Shown here: positions 53,380 through 64,000 of the stretch, piece by piece
Position numbering within the stretch: the stretch's first letter is position 1
Layout: each line of letters opens with the position of its first letter
Source of the DNA: Pseudovirgaria hyperparasitica
Lineage: Eukaryota
Assembly: GCA_010093815.1 (NCBI GenBank)
Contig: ML996574.1
Length of the DNA: 64,000 nt
Reading direction: 5' to 3' (one strand)
Program-made: the position numbers and the translations under genes
Notes under the pieces: model-generated
The model's database searches: none
The model's input: the letters and a program-made list of their open reading frames with translations, nothing else
What the model was told of the DNA's origin: nothing

Positions 53380-54510
53380 CTAGATAGCTAAGGTATAGAA
53401 GAAATAAAAGAAGATAATCTAATCTTATAATAGAACCCTCTATAATAAATAGTATAAATACTAGTATAAGATTACTAATAAATATATATAATAGACTATA
53501 GAGCTATAGTATATAGTAAAGTAGACTAAGAATATAGATATACTACTACTACTACTAATACCTCCTCTAATATACTAGAAAAGAATATATATTATAAGTC
53601 TAGAAAAGATAGAGATTCTCTATAAAGTTATATTTCCCTCCCTAGAGCTAGTAGACCTATTAGATATTAATAATACTATATATCTAGATATAGTTAATAT
53701 TTCTATATAGATTATAGAAGGGGATATATTTAATACTATTAAAGTACTTCTAAATAATAAAGTATCTAGACTAGATAGAATACTAAATAGATACCTTAAA
53801 TATACTATATAGATAACTCTACTACTTATTAGTCTTATCTTCTAGATATATACTAAGAATAGATACTATCTCTAAAGCTTCTAAACTATCTATACTATTA
53901 TACTTCTAAAACTAGAGAAGAATTCTAGCTCTCTAAAAGAATAGAGACTAATTACTCTTCTCTTCTATCTTAGTAAGATACTTAAGACTATAATTATAAA
54001 GAAGATAAGTACTATAGTATAGAAATATAATCTTCTTCTAGTAAACTAGAAAGTAAAGACTAGAAGCTCTCTAATTACTACTATTTAATATATTCTTAAA
54101 GTTATCTAGACTATATAGAAGTAGAGATATATAGTAATACTACTCTCTCTTAATATAGCTAGTATATTTAATAAGATAAACTATATAAGACTTATCTATA
54201 ATCTATAGAAGAGATATATATCTAAATAGATTATAAAGTTTATATAGTTCTTTATTACTAAAAGAATTAGCTAGATATATATCTCTAGATATTAAAGTAA
54301 ATATAAGAAGATAATATATAGTATTCTATAAGGAAATACTATCTCCCTAATTCTCTTTATCTTCTTTACTATAGATCTTCTATAAAGAATATAATATATA
54401 GAGGTAGTAGAATATACTAATAATATATATCTTCTAGCTATTAATAATAATACTAGTCTAATATATAAATACCTTAAATAAGACTATAAGAGATACCTCT
54501 AGTAGATAAA
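50841..54510 (+). mobile_element. Tad1-like LINE (non-LTR retrotransposon) fragment, extremely RIP-degraded, truncated on both sides
   Basis: ORF1 CCHC knuckles (QCFNCQGYKH...C, ~51930-52040). Endonuclease remnants IDLTF..DSDH ~52960-53055. RT motifs KAPG.DGIPN ~53760, WRPITLL ~53940, G.PQG..LSPILF ~54320, GY[A]DD ~54410. Confidence 0.85.
53338..53374. repeat. (TA)n microsatellite inside the LINE
   Basis: About 18 consecutive TA units. Confidence 0.95.
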
Positions 54511-54789
54511 TGTTAGGACGGGAACTATAACGGACCTATATGGACCATTCTAATCCATGCAGCCACGTAGTGGCCAGAGCTAGGTTGAGTTAGCTAAGTT
54601 AAGTAAGGTCACTATATAAGTAGACCGTATAAACCGATTTCTACTCATTAGGAATTAACCTCGTATAAGAGTAAGATTACTCTATAAATACATTCCTATA
54701 TCTCTCTATGAACTATTAGACTACTATCCTATATCTTCACTCTTTATATTTTAATTCCTCTCTATATAGCACGACGGTAGCTTATAGAG

Positions 54790-57700
54790 ATAGCTCCTAC
54801 TACGCGCTATAATACCCGTGGCACTACCTTACACGAGAGACTCTCTCTAAATCTAAACGAAGAGAATAGTCTCCCTATAACCACCTCTACTAATAAGTAT
54901 ACTCTATAGGCTATCGTACTAATAACTAGTACGGTATTCCGTATAACTGTAGAAGATTACCTAGATAATAAGGAAGGAGTCCATTATACTCCATCGCGGT
55001 CTAGTTTATACTATACTAGACCTATCCTTACTATAAGACTAGACCCTATTAACATTAATGAATTAATTCGTTAGAACCGACTAATATTAACCACGCCTCA
55101 CGATAACGTATATACCAAGCTATACACGGAGAGGTAGCGTTAGGCTTAGCTTAAGTAGTAACTTCGTAAACTTAATAAAGCGCGAGAACGAACCGCTAGA
55201 CTTAAAGCCATACTACGCGCTTTAGTGCTAGTAGTAACTAACCTATACTAATATAGACTAACTTAAGCCGAAACAGTCTAACTAAGTCTATTACTATCCT
55301 AGTTACCTCGGCCTAAGAAACTACCTTACTTCAACGGTAAAACTAGAAGAAGCTTTCATAAATAGACTTACTAGTATAGCCGATTCTTCCACCTATTCAC
55401 GAACGATAGTAATAAGATTAGGTTCGTATAGAACTACCTAGACCTAACGCTATCTAAACGTTAGATGGTATATCGAATTAAATACCCTAAGGATATATAT
55501 AACTAGGACACGTTTACTAAATTCCTTCTTTAATACTTCGGCAATAGAGCTAAGCGACGCGAATAGGCTTAGAGCTATATCTTTAAGACTTAATAGTAAG
55601 AGAGATAATCCCCGTTATAACTCCTTAAATACCTCCGACCTCTTTAGAGAGAAGCTAAGAAAGATTATATAGTTCAATAATACGATAACTTTAAAAGGTC
55701 CCTTAACCCGAGCGTAAAGGAACGCATCGACCTTATAACGTCTATCTCTACTAATCTTTAGGCACTCGCGAATCTCATAGAATGATATTAGCGTATAATA
55801 AATAACTAACATCGTATAAGCGTATAACTATCCCTATTAATCTAATCTAATACGAAATTATCTAAAGAGGACCGGTTTAGTAATAGATCGCGCGGAATAC
55901 CTCGTGGGCGCTACTACTCTATAAACTCGAGAAGACGAGGCCCGTACTACGGATCTTTCTACTAGTTAATATATTAAGACACGAGAAACGACTCGTATAA
56001 ACGACCTAAAGTCACCTACTATACCTATAGTAGAATAGGCCATATAGTACCCGAGTACCGCTTAGGGAAACCACTAAATACTAATATAGATACTAAGTTA
56101 GTTATATGCTATAAGTACTAGTAGCTAGGACATATCGCGCCTAACTACCCGGTATACGATATAAAAAACTAACTATCTATAAGGAACCCTTATAACTTAT
56201 AGGCGTAACTAAAATAGAGGGATAACTAGCCAACTAGTACATCGAACTATAGGCTAGGCCTATCGAGGTCCCTCGTGGATAACATTAGACCGTAATACTT
56301 GATAGCGGTTTAGCTACTAACATTATATCGACTTAACGAGCACGAGAACTTAACGTCGATATTTAAGTATTAATAGGTACTACCTTCTATAGTATCGATG
56401 GTCCTATTAAATCGTAGGGTACCTATACTATTAAATACGGTATCTAGGACAGCGGGGGGAAGTAGAAACCCTACTACTTAACCTTTATCGTGGTAGATAG
56501 TCCCTTTAATATAATCCTCGGTATACTATAGCTCGAAAAACATAACCCGAAACTAGACTTTATCTAGAAAATAGCTAGCTGGCGTATATACCTACTATAA
56601 TAGAACCTAGTATAGCTAGTCGACGATAAATAATTCTAGAAGGACTACGAAAAGGTAATCTCCGCTATCTACGTTCTCTTACTTACTTAAAATAGAGAGC
56701 TTAGTATTAAAGTAGACGAAAACCTACTATATTAGTATAAAATATACTAATATATTACGTTAGCGATCGACTTGTCTGAATTACCTTAATACTAACCTAC
56801 CGACCTTACTATTAACCTCGAAGACGGTTAATAACCCCTATACGGACCTATATACCCTCTATTAGAACCCGAGCTATAGGTCCTCCGAGAATATATCGAA
56901 AAGAACCTTACGTAAGGATAGATTAGGCCTAGTATATCCCTAGCCGGAGCTCTAATCCTCTTTATAAAGAAGAAGAATAGGAGTCTCCGTCTATATATCG
57001 ACTACCGTAGCCTAAATAATATTATATAAAAGAATTATTACCTACTACCTCTTATCTCCGAGTCTATTAATAGACTAGGGCGCGTAAAGATCTTTACTAA
57101 GCTCGATCTACACGACATCTACTACCGCCTATATATTAAGAAGGGCGATGAGTGGAAAACGGCGTTTAGAACCCGTTATAGATACTTTAAGTACATAGTA
57201 GTCCCTTTTAGACTAACTAACGTACTAGGAACCTTCTAAGCGTATATTAATAACGCGCTAGTAGGCCTACTCGATATAACGTGCATCGTATACCTCGATA
57301 ACATCCTTATCTTCTCTAATAATAAAGAAGAATATATCTAGTATATATACGTAGTTCTAGATAGGCTAGAAAAACATAAGCTATATATTAAGCTATCTAA
57401 ATATAAGTTCCACTAGAACCACGTTAACTTCCTTAGCTTCGTTATTACTAATTAAGGTATAACTATAGAAAGGGATAGGGTCGCTACTATCGTGGACTAG
57501 CCTAAACTAAAATTAGTTCGAGATATACGTGTCTTTATTAGATTCGCTAATTACTACTGAAAATTCGTTAAGTATTTCTCCCGGCTAGTAGCACCGCTTA
57601 ACGCGTGTACTACTACTATAGATTCGTCTATTACGGTCCGCGGTAGATAGAAACAGCGTAATATTGAATCGTAGCCTATAGAATTATTAGAAGGCGAAAG

Positions 57701-60030
57701 GGCCTCCTTCGAGAAAATCAAAGAGGCATTTATAACTACTCTATTACTAGTATACTTCGATCTAACTAAACCTATCCACGTTAAAACCGACGCGTTAGAA
57801 TTTATAATCTTAGGTATTCTCTTCTAGCCTAGACTAACTAAGTCTAAAAAGGTCTAATAGTATCTAGTTACGTTCTTCTCACGTAAAATGGTCGATATTA
57901 AGACTAGATATACTATCTATAACCAAGAGCTACTAGTAATAGTAGAGTCATTTAAATAGTAGCGATACTATCTTAAAGGTACCATATATAACGTCGAGTT
58001 ACTAACTAATTACTATAACTTAAAGGGGTTTATAAGCACGACGGTTTTAAACCGTCGATAGGTCCGATAGGCTAAGTAGCTTATAAACTTTTACTTTATA
58101 ATCTACTATTAATCTAGAAGTATAAACCTAGCTAATAGAATATTAAGAAGACCTAACTATAAAGAAGGCGCCTAGGATTATAGTAGCTATAGGGTCCTAG
58201 AGTAGCTATAGACCTAACTCTTAAGGACGAGGTTAGATTTTAAGCTATTACGCGATTAGCGAGATACTAACGTTAATACTAGTAATCGAATCTCTAAGAC
58301 CAAAGCCAGTAACCAAAGACGCGGTACCAAAGTCCCTAGTAGGCCGTTTATTAGCGCTATCGGGAAGGACGATAATACCCGGCGTAAATATCTAATTAAC
58401 CTCGCCTAGTTAATCGTGGATCTATAGAAGATAGACCTAATAGTTTTAAAGTTACGTAAAATATAGTAAGATAGGTCATTATAAACTAAAGTAGACTATA
58501 AGTAGACCTTCGTGGACGGCTTACTTTACTATAATAGAAAGTACCATATACCGATAGGTAACGCGCGATTTAACGTAGTTAGCCGATACCATAACGGTAA
58601 CCTAGTAGAACACTTTGGGTATATACGTACCCTAAGCTTAATTCGTTAGTACTATTTTTAGGAAGATATACCTAAGTACGTTAAAGAATAGATAGCTACT
58701 TATCCGATTTATTAAAGAACGAAGGCCCCTAGGTATAAGCTATATAGGAATTTATAGCCTCTTTTAGCCCCCCTCTTTATATAGGAAGACATTACTATAG
58801 ACTTTATAGTTAACTTACCTCTAAGCGAGATACTTAGAATAAGTTATAATTCTATTCTTATTATCGTGGATAGACTTATAAAGATATCTAGGTATATCCT
58901 AGTATAGAAGACGATTACATCTAAAGAACTAGCGTAGGTGTTCTAGAACGAGATTATTAAGGTCCATAGTATACTAAAAAGGATTATTACGGACCGAGGA
59001 AGTACCTTCACGTCTAAATTCTAGACGTTATTCTATGAAATAGTAAGTATAAATAGAAATATATCTATAGTATTTTATCCTTAGACGGATAGCTAGATAG
59101 AGCGATAGAACTAGACGCTCGAGGCCTATCTACACGCATTCTATAATTTCGAGTAGGACGACTAGGCCTCCCTACTAAGTATAGTAGAGTTCGTATATAA
59201 TAATAGTCGTTATAGTATAATAGGTATTATACCTTTCTAGGCGAACCTCGGACGTAGTCTAAGGATAGGTTTTAAGCCTTAGACGGTCTAATTTAATCAA
59301 ATAATAGACATGAACGTCCACGCTTAGGAATTAGCGATTAAAATCTTTAAAACCGTACGTAACTATCACGCTATAATCTAATAAGTAAACGACTTATATA
59401 TAAAGTACTATAATAGATTAGCTAAGGATTAGACGTATAAGGAGGGCGACAAGGTCCTTCTTAACGTCTATAATATACGAATATCACGAGTAAATAAGAA
59501 GCTCGATTATAAAATAGCTAGTCCCTTCCGAATCAAACGTTATATTAGTATAAGAGTCTACGAGCTCGACTTAGGAAGCGATATAAGAATCTATAACGTG
59601 TTCTACGTCTTACTACTCGAAAGATTTTAACCGAATATATATGGCCGTACGAACGTGTAGTTACACTCTATTATACCCTAAGATAGACTAGACGTGTTCG
59701 AAGTAGACTATATTATTAAATATAGAATCGATAAAGACGGTGTTTAGAAATATAGAATCCGTTAGAAGGACTATACTAAGGATAAGGATACCTAGGAACC
59801 AGCGGTATACATCTTAAGTTCTATAATAGCTACGTATAAGTAAAAGATATAGAATAGCGTATTATTAATATAAGTATAGCGACGTCGCGGTCGTTATAAA
59901 AAGAAGAAGAATACCGTAGAGAACGAAGTACTAAACTAGGAAATCTAGACGCGCACTAGGAAAACTCTATATAGCAGCCCTATAATTTAAGCGTTATACG
60001 GTTACTAGACGCGAAGAAAGCGTAAATAAC
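54790..60030 (+). pseudogene. gag and pol of A2 (probable -1 frameshift at AAAAAAC 56163-56169); protease, RT, RNase H, integrase, chromodomain
   Basis: CCHC knuckles ~56020-56150; VILDSG ~56295; EWKTAFRTRY ~57150; VYLD[N/D]ILIF ~57290; integrase ~58580-59270; chromodomain (EV..I..HR...IRWKDY...DTWEP) ~59695-59820. Confidence 0.92.
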
Positions 60031-60399
60031 TATTTTAGGAACGCGACGCGATATACCATAATAGAATAACATAGAGGAGTCTAGAATAGACTAACATAGA
60101 CCATTATACATAAGAAAAACATAGGACTAAGAACCTAAAAAAAGGTACCCTACCATAGAATTAAACTCTTAACACGAAATATAAAAGGTTAGAGTACCCG
60201 AACTAATAACTACTAGGCTACTAGTTCGGGTACTCTAATAGAATTCATAGAGATAAACTAATTTATATACGGTGCCTACACTTAGGTGACTCAAGGAAAA
60301 TTAGAATATAGAAACCGATAGTTATAAGCTAAGCGAGCGCATATATAATATCATTAAGTTAAGAATTAAATTACTAGAAACTAGCCGACGGGTATCTAA

Positions 60400-61766
60400 A
60401 CGGTCTAAAAAGGACTAAAACGGATAAGAGCCAGGCATAAAGCTAATATATAGAGCTAGGCATAGAGCTAACACATAGAGCTAGACCATAGAGCTAATAT
60501 AGAGAGCCAAACCTATAGAGCTAGAACTATAGAGCTACTCCTCTATCTTATTATCCATCCTAACCTCTAGTATAGTCCTCTCTAACCGTACGATATGGCG
60601 GCGGAGGACGACGACCTTAGCCTCTAGAGTAATAACCTAATCCGTTAGAGCCTAGAGGGAAGAGCCTTAAGCGCTAGAGCGTAGCGACTAGGTCTAAAGT
60701 TAGCTAATATAATCTAGAATAATCTAGAAGGGAATATATACCCTCTTACGAGGCGACTTAGAGAGAGAAATAGTAGACCTCTTATAAGATCTATTAGTAG
60801 CGCGAGACGGATAGGGGGGGATAGAGTAAATCCTCTCTACGGCCTCTATAGCTAGGATAGACTCTCTAGAATAGGTAGCCTAGGCGCTAGAGATCTCGCG
60901 GCGGCTAGAAAAATCAATAGGTGTTAAAAATAATTAACGTGCTCGTAACTTACACTTTAATAACCTCTAGAAAGAGCTTATAGCGCTCCCTAAACTCTCT
61001 CTATATAGTAGATAGATAGCTATAAGGACCCCTAAGGGTCTCGCGGACACAAAGGTCGTTATATATATCTTATATACGCATAGGAACCTAAGAATATATT
61101 AGCACGGACTACTTTAGATTATACTAGATTAAGATAGCCTATTATACTTACCTATAGATAAGTCTTACTAGTTACGGTATAGTAGTAGTAGCGGGTAGGT
61201 AGAGTAAAGATAGGGCGTATAGGCCCGTTGCGGTTAGTAGAGTAGTAGCTAATACTAGAGTTAGAGCGAAAGAGATATTTAGAGCCGGCTATATAGCCCT
61301 TAATATACTTATAGTATATCGAACCGTAGTTCGCCGTTTTCCTATGGCGTAAACCGCGACTACGTTTAGTATCCTCGGCGACCTAGACCTTATTATTAGT
61401 AGACTAGGGTTTAGAGCGAATATTAAGGTCCTAAAAGGACCTAGAGCGACTAAATTAGTCTATATTAGACCGGAAGGAAGAGCGGTAAGACGGCGGCGTA
61501 GGTAAGCGCGAGGGCTCGCGATTATCATCTATAATAAGATCTTCTTTATCCTCTAGAGGAGGTAGAGTAGACGGCGTATACTTTAGAGCGAGAGAAGAAC
61601 CTACGACCACTTCATCTATAAGTTTAGTACTAGAATTACCTAGATTAGAGCGACTAGTGGCTATATTAGTAGTAGAGGCAGTAGTAGTAGCAGCCCTAGC
61701 TACTCTCTTCTCCGACTTAGAGCGCGCCTTTATACTACCGTAATAGATAGGCTTCTTAGCCGGCAT
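60400..61766 (-). pseudogene. Antisense spliced accessory gene of A2 (3' end approximate)
   Basis: Track ORF 61455-61766 is its intact N-terminus with a real ATG. 64-nt intron at 61088-61151 (GTAAGT..GCTAAT..TAG) and a second at ~60905-60952. Confidence 0.62.
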
Positions 61767-62564
61767 GGCCGGGGAGAAGGCAATACCTTTAGAGCGAGTC
61801 TTACGAGAGGAGAAGGTAGGCTTAGAGATAGGACTAGTATTAGATATCTATATATATATATTAGCTAGAGATCTAAGGAAGGAATATTCGTCTACCCTTA
61901 ACGGCGATTAACGAAGCTAAATTAGTAACTATAATAACGCGAATAGGTCATATTAGACCGGTTCTAATAAGAATAGACTACTATAGACCCTTCTAAATCT
62001 AAACTAGGGAAGATAGTATATGAATTAACGACTTACCTTAAGAGCGAGGTAGATATACTAGAGAATAAAATCAAAGGCAAGCGAAGCTAAATATATACTT
62101 AACCAAAGTAGTAATTACGTGTCCTAGGTAGTAGCTATAAAGCAAGGGATAAGCGCGTACATAAACTAGTAAAAGTAAACTAGAATCTCGAGTTCACCTA
62201 TATTAAGAATAGTTATAACGTTATAGGAACTTAGTTACGGATATATAGATATATAATAGATTATAGAGACTTGGGATTATATATACTTAAGTACTTCGGG
62301 GCGAAGTATAAAAAGAAGAAGGATATTATTAGGACGGGAACTATAATAGATCTATATAGACTATTCTAATCTATATAGCCACGTAGTGGCCAGAGCTAGG
62401 TTAAGTTAGCTAAGTTAAGCGAGGTTACTATATAAGTAGACCGTATAAACCGATTCCTACTCGTTAGGAATCAACCTCGTATAAGAGTAAGATTACTCTA
62501 CAAATACATTCCTATGTCTCTCTATAAACTATTAGACTACTATCCCACGTCTTCACTCTTTATA

Positions 62565-64000
62565 AGTTTATACTATAGAAAAATAATAAACTATAGTTTA
62601 ATATACTTTAAGTATATTAAGACTTATATAACTAGCTCTAATTATCTCTTTTACTCTAACTCTAGTATTAGCTACTACTCTACTAATTATAATAGATCTA
62701 TATATCTAATCTTTAAGCTATCTATCTACTACTACTATTATACTATCCTTAGTAAAGTTTATCTTTAGATAAGTCTATTAGATTATTTTAGTCTAGAATA
62801 ATCTAAAGTTATCTATACTAATATATTTTTAGATTTCTATTTATATATAGAATATATATAATAATCTTTATATCTATAAGACTCTTAGTAGTTCTAGTAG
62901 TTATCTAGTCTCTATATATAGAGAGTTTAGAGAGTACTATAAGCTCTTTCTAGAGATTATTAAAGTATAAGTTTAGAAACTATTAATTACTATTAACCTT
63001 AGCTTATAATTTTTAGTTACTATAAGATTTCTAGTACTTAGACTATCTATTCTAGGGAGTTAGTTTTAGCTACTAAGGCTATAGAAGAGATTTATAGTAT
63101 CTCTTTCTATCTAACTTATACTACTAATAGATCTTATAAGAGATCTATTAGTTCTTCTTCTAAGTTACCTTATAAGAGGGTATATATTCTATTCTAGATT
63201 ATTCTAGATTATATTAGCTAACTTTAGATCTAGTCGCTCCACTCTAGCGCATAGTCCTCCTTCTACTAGACTCTAGTTAATTAGATAGCTACTCTAGAGA
63301 ATAAGGTATCTAACCTCTACTACTATATTATCTATCTAGATTAGTTAGTTTACTCTAAAGAGAAGAATAAGATAGAGAAGTAGCTCTATAGCTTTATTTA
63401 CTAGGGTTCCTATCTATCTAGTTTCTATCTATTTTAGTTCTTTTTAGACTATTTAGATATCTATCTACTAGTTTTCTAGTAATTTAATTCTTAACTTAAT
63501 AATATTATATACGCTCTTATTTATTCTATAACTATTAAATTCTAGATTCTAATTTTCTTTAAGTTACTTAAGTATAGATATTATATATAAATTAGTTTAT
63601 CTCTCTAAATTATATTAGAGTATCTAAACTAGTAGTCTAGTAGTTATTAGTTCGGGTACTCTAACTTTTTATATTATATATTATAAGTTTAATTCTATAG
63701 TAGAGTACCTTTTTAGTTTCTTAGTTCTATATTCTTCTTATATATAATAGTTTATATTAGTCTATTCTAGACTTTTCTATATTATTCTATTATAATATAT
63801 TATATTATATATCTATAATAGTTATTTATATTTTCTTCGCGTTTAGTAACTATATATTACTTAAATTATAGGGCTACCATATAGAGTTTTCCTAGTATAC
63901 ATTTAAGATTTATAATTTAATACTTTATTCTCTATAGTATTCTTCTTCTTTTTATAATAGCTCTAATAGTATTAGGTTTATAGTAGTAATATATTATTCT
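62565..64000 (-). mobile_element. Family A fragment A3 (3' region, more strongly RIP-mutated, continues beyond window)
   Basis: Direct copy of ~566-2020 and inverted copy of ~59860-61355. Confidence 0.92.

Larger units (their letters stand above)
54511..62564 (+). mobile_element. Full-length Ty3/gypsy chromovirus family A copy A2 (8,054 bp), no matching TSD
   Basis: 238-bp LTRs at 54511-54748 and 62327-62564. PPT AAAAAGAAGAAGG at 62310-62322. Flanks ATAAA and AGTTT differ. Confidence 0.95.

Noticed and set aside
60426..60540. CRISPR-like array
   Set aside because: Units are short and contiguous with no unique spacers or cas genes, and the context is eukaryotic.
62514..62768. 84-aa Tyr-rich ORF
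   Set aside because: It spans the A2 LTR/A3 junction; the composition is a RIP artefact over the family A antisense gene remnant.
1..64000. Alternative genetic code (TAA/TAG read as Gln) explaining the in-frame stops
   Set aside because: Stops replace both Gln and Trp codons, differ between B1 and B2, and come with general CpA/TpG loss in non-coding DNA, which indicates RIP.

Overview
Gene-free, heavily RIP-mutated fungal (probably Pezizomycotina) repeat block. TpA is pervasive, CpA/TpG are depleted, and every long frame is broken by TAA/TAG stops. It is a nest of five Ty3/gypsy LTR-retrotransposon families, a solo LTR and a Tad1-like LINE. The nesting, read from LTR pairs, target-site duplications (TSDs) and rejoined reading frames, is: LINE <- C <- (A1 <- B1) and (E <- D, solo LTR, B2). 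At the right end a plus-strand A2 element has mismatched flanks, next to a further A-family fragment. Family B (two 11,415-bp copies) carries a second, sense ~990-codon ORF after gag-pol. Its C-terminal part reconstructs as a PhyH-like Fe(II)/2-oxoglutarate dioxygenase, and the element carries one palindrome at three separate sites. Families A, D and probably E carry antisense, intron-containing accessory genes in their 3' regions; those of A and D have a Zn2Cys6-like cysteine pattern. Protein readings are manual reconstructions that reverse RIP changes; no database search was possible.
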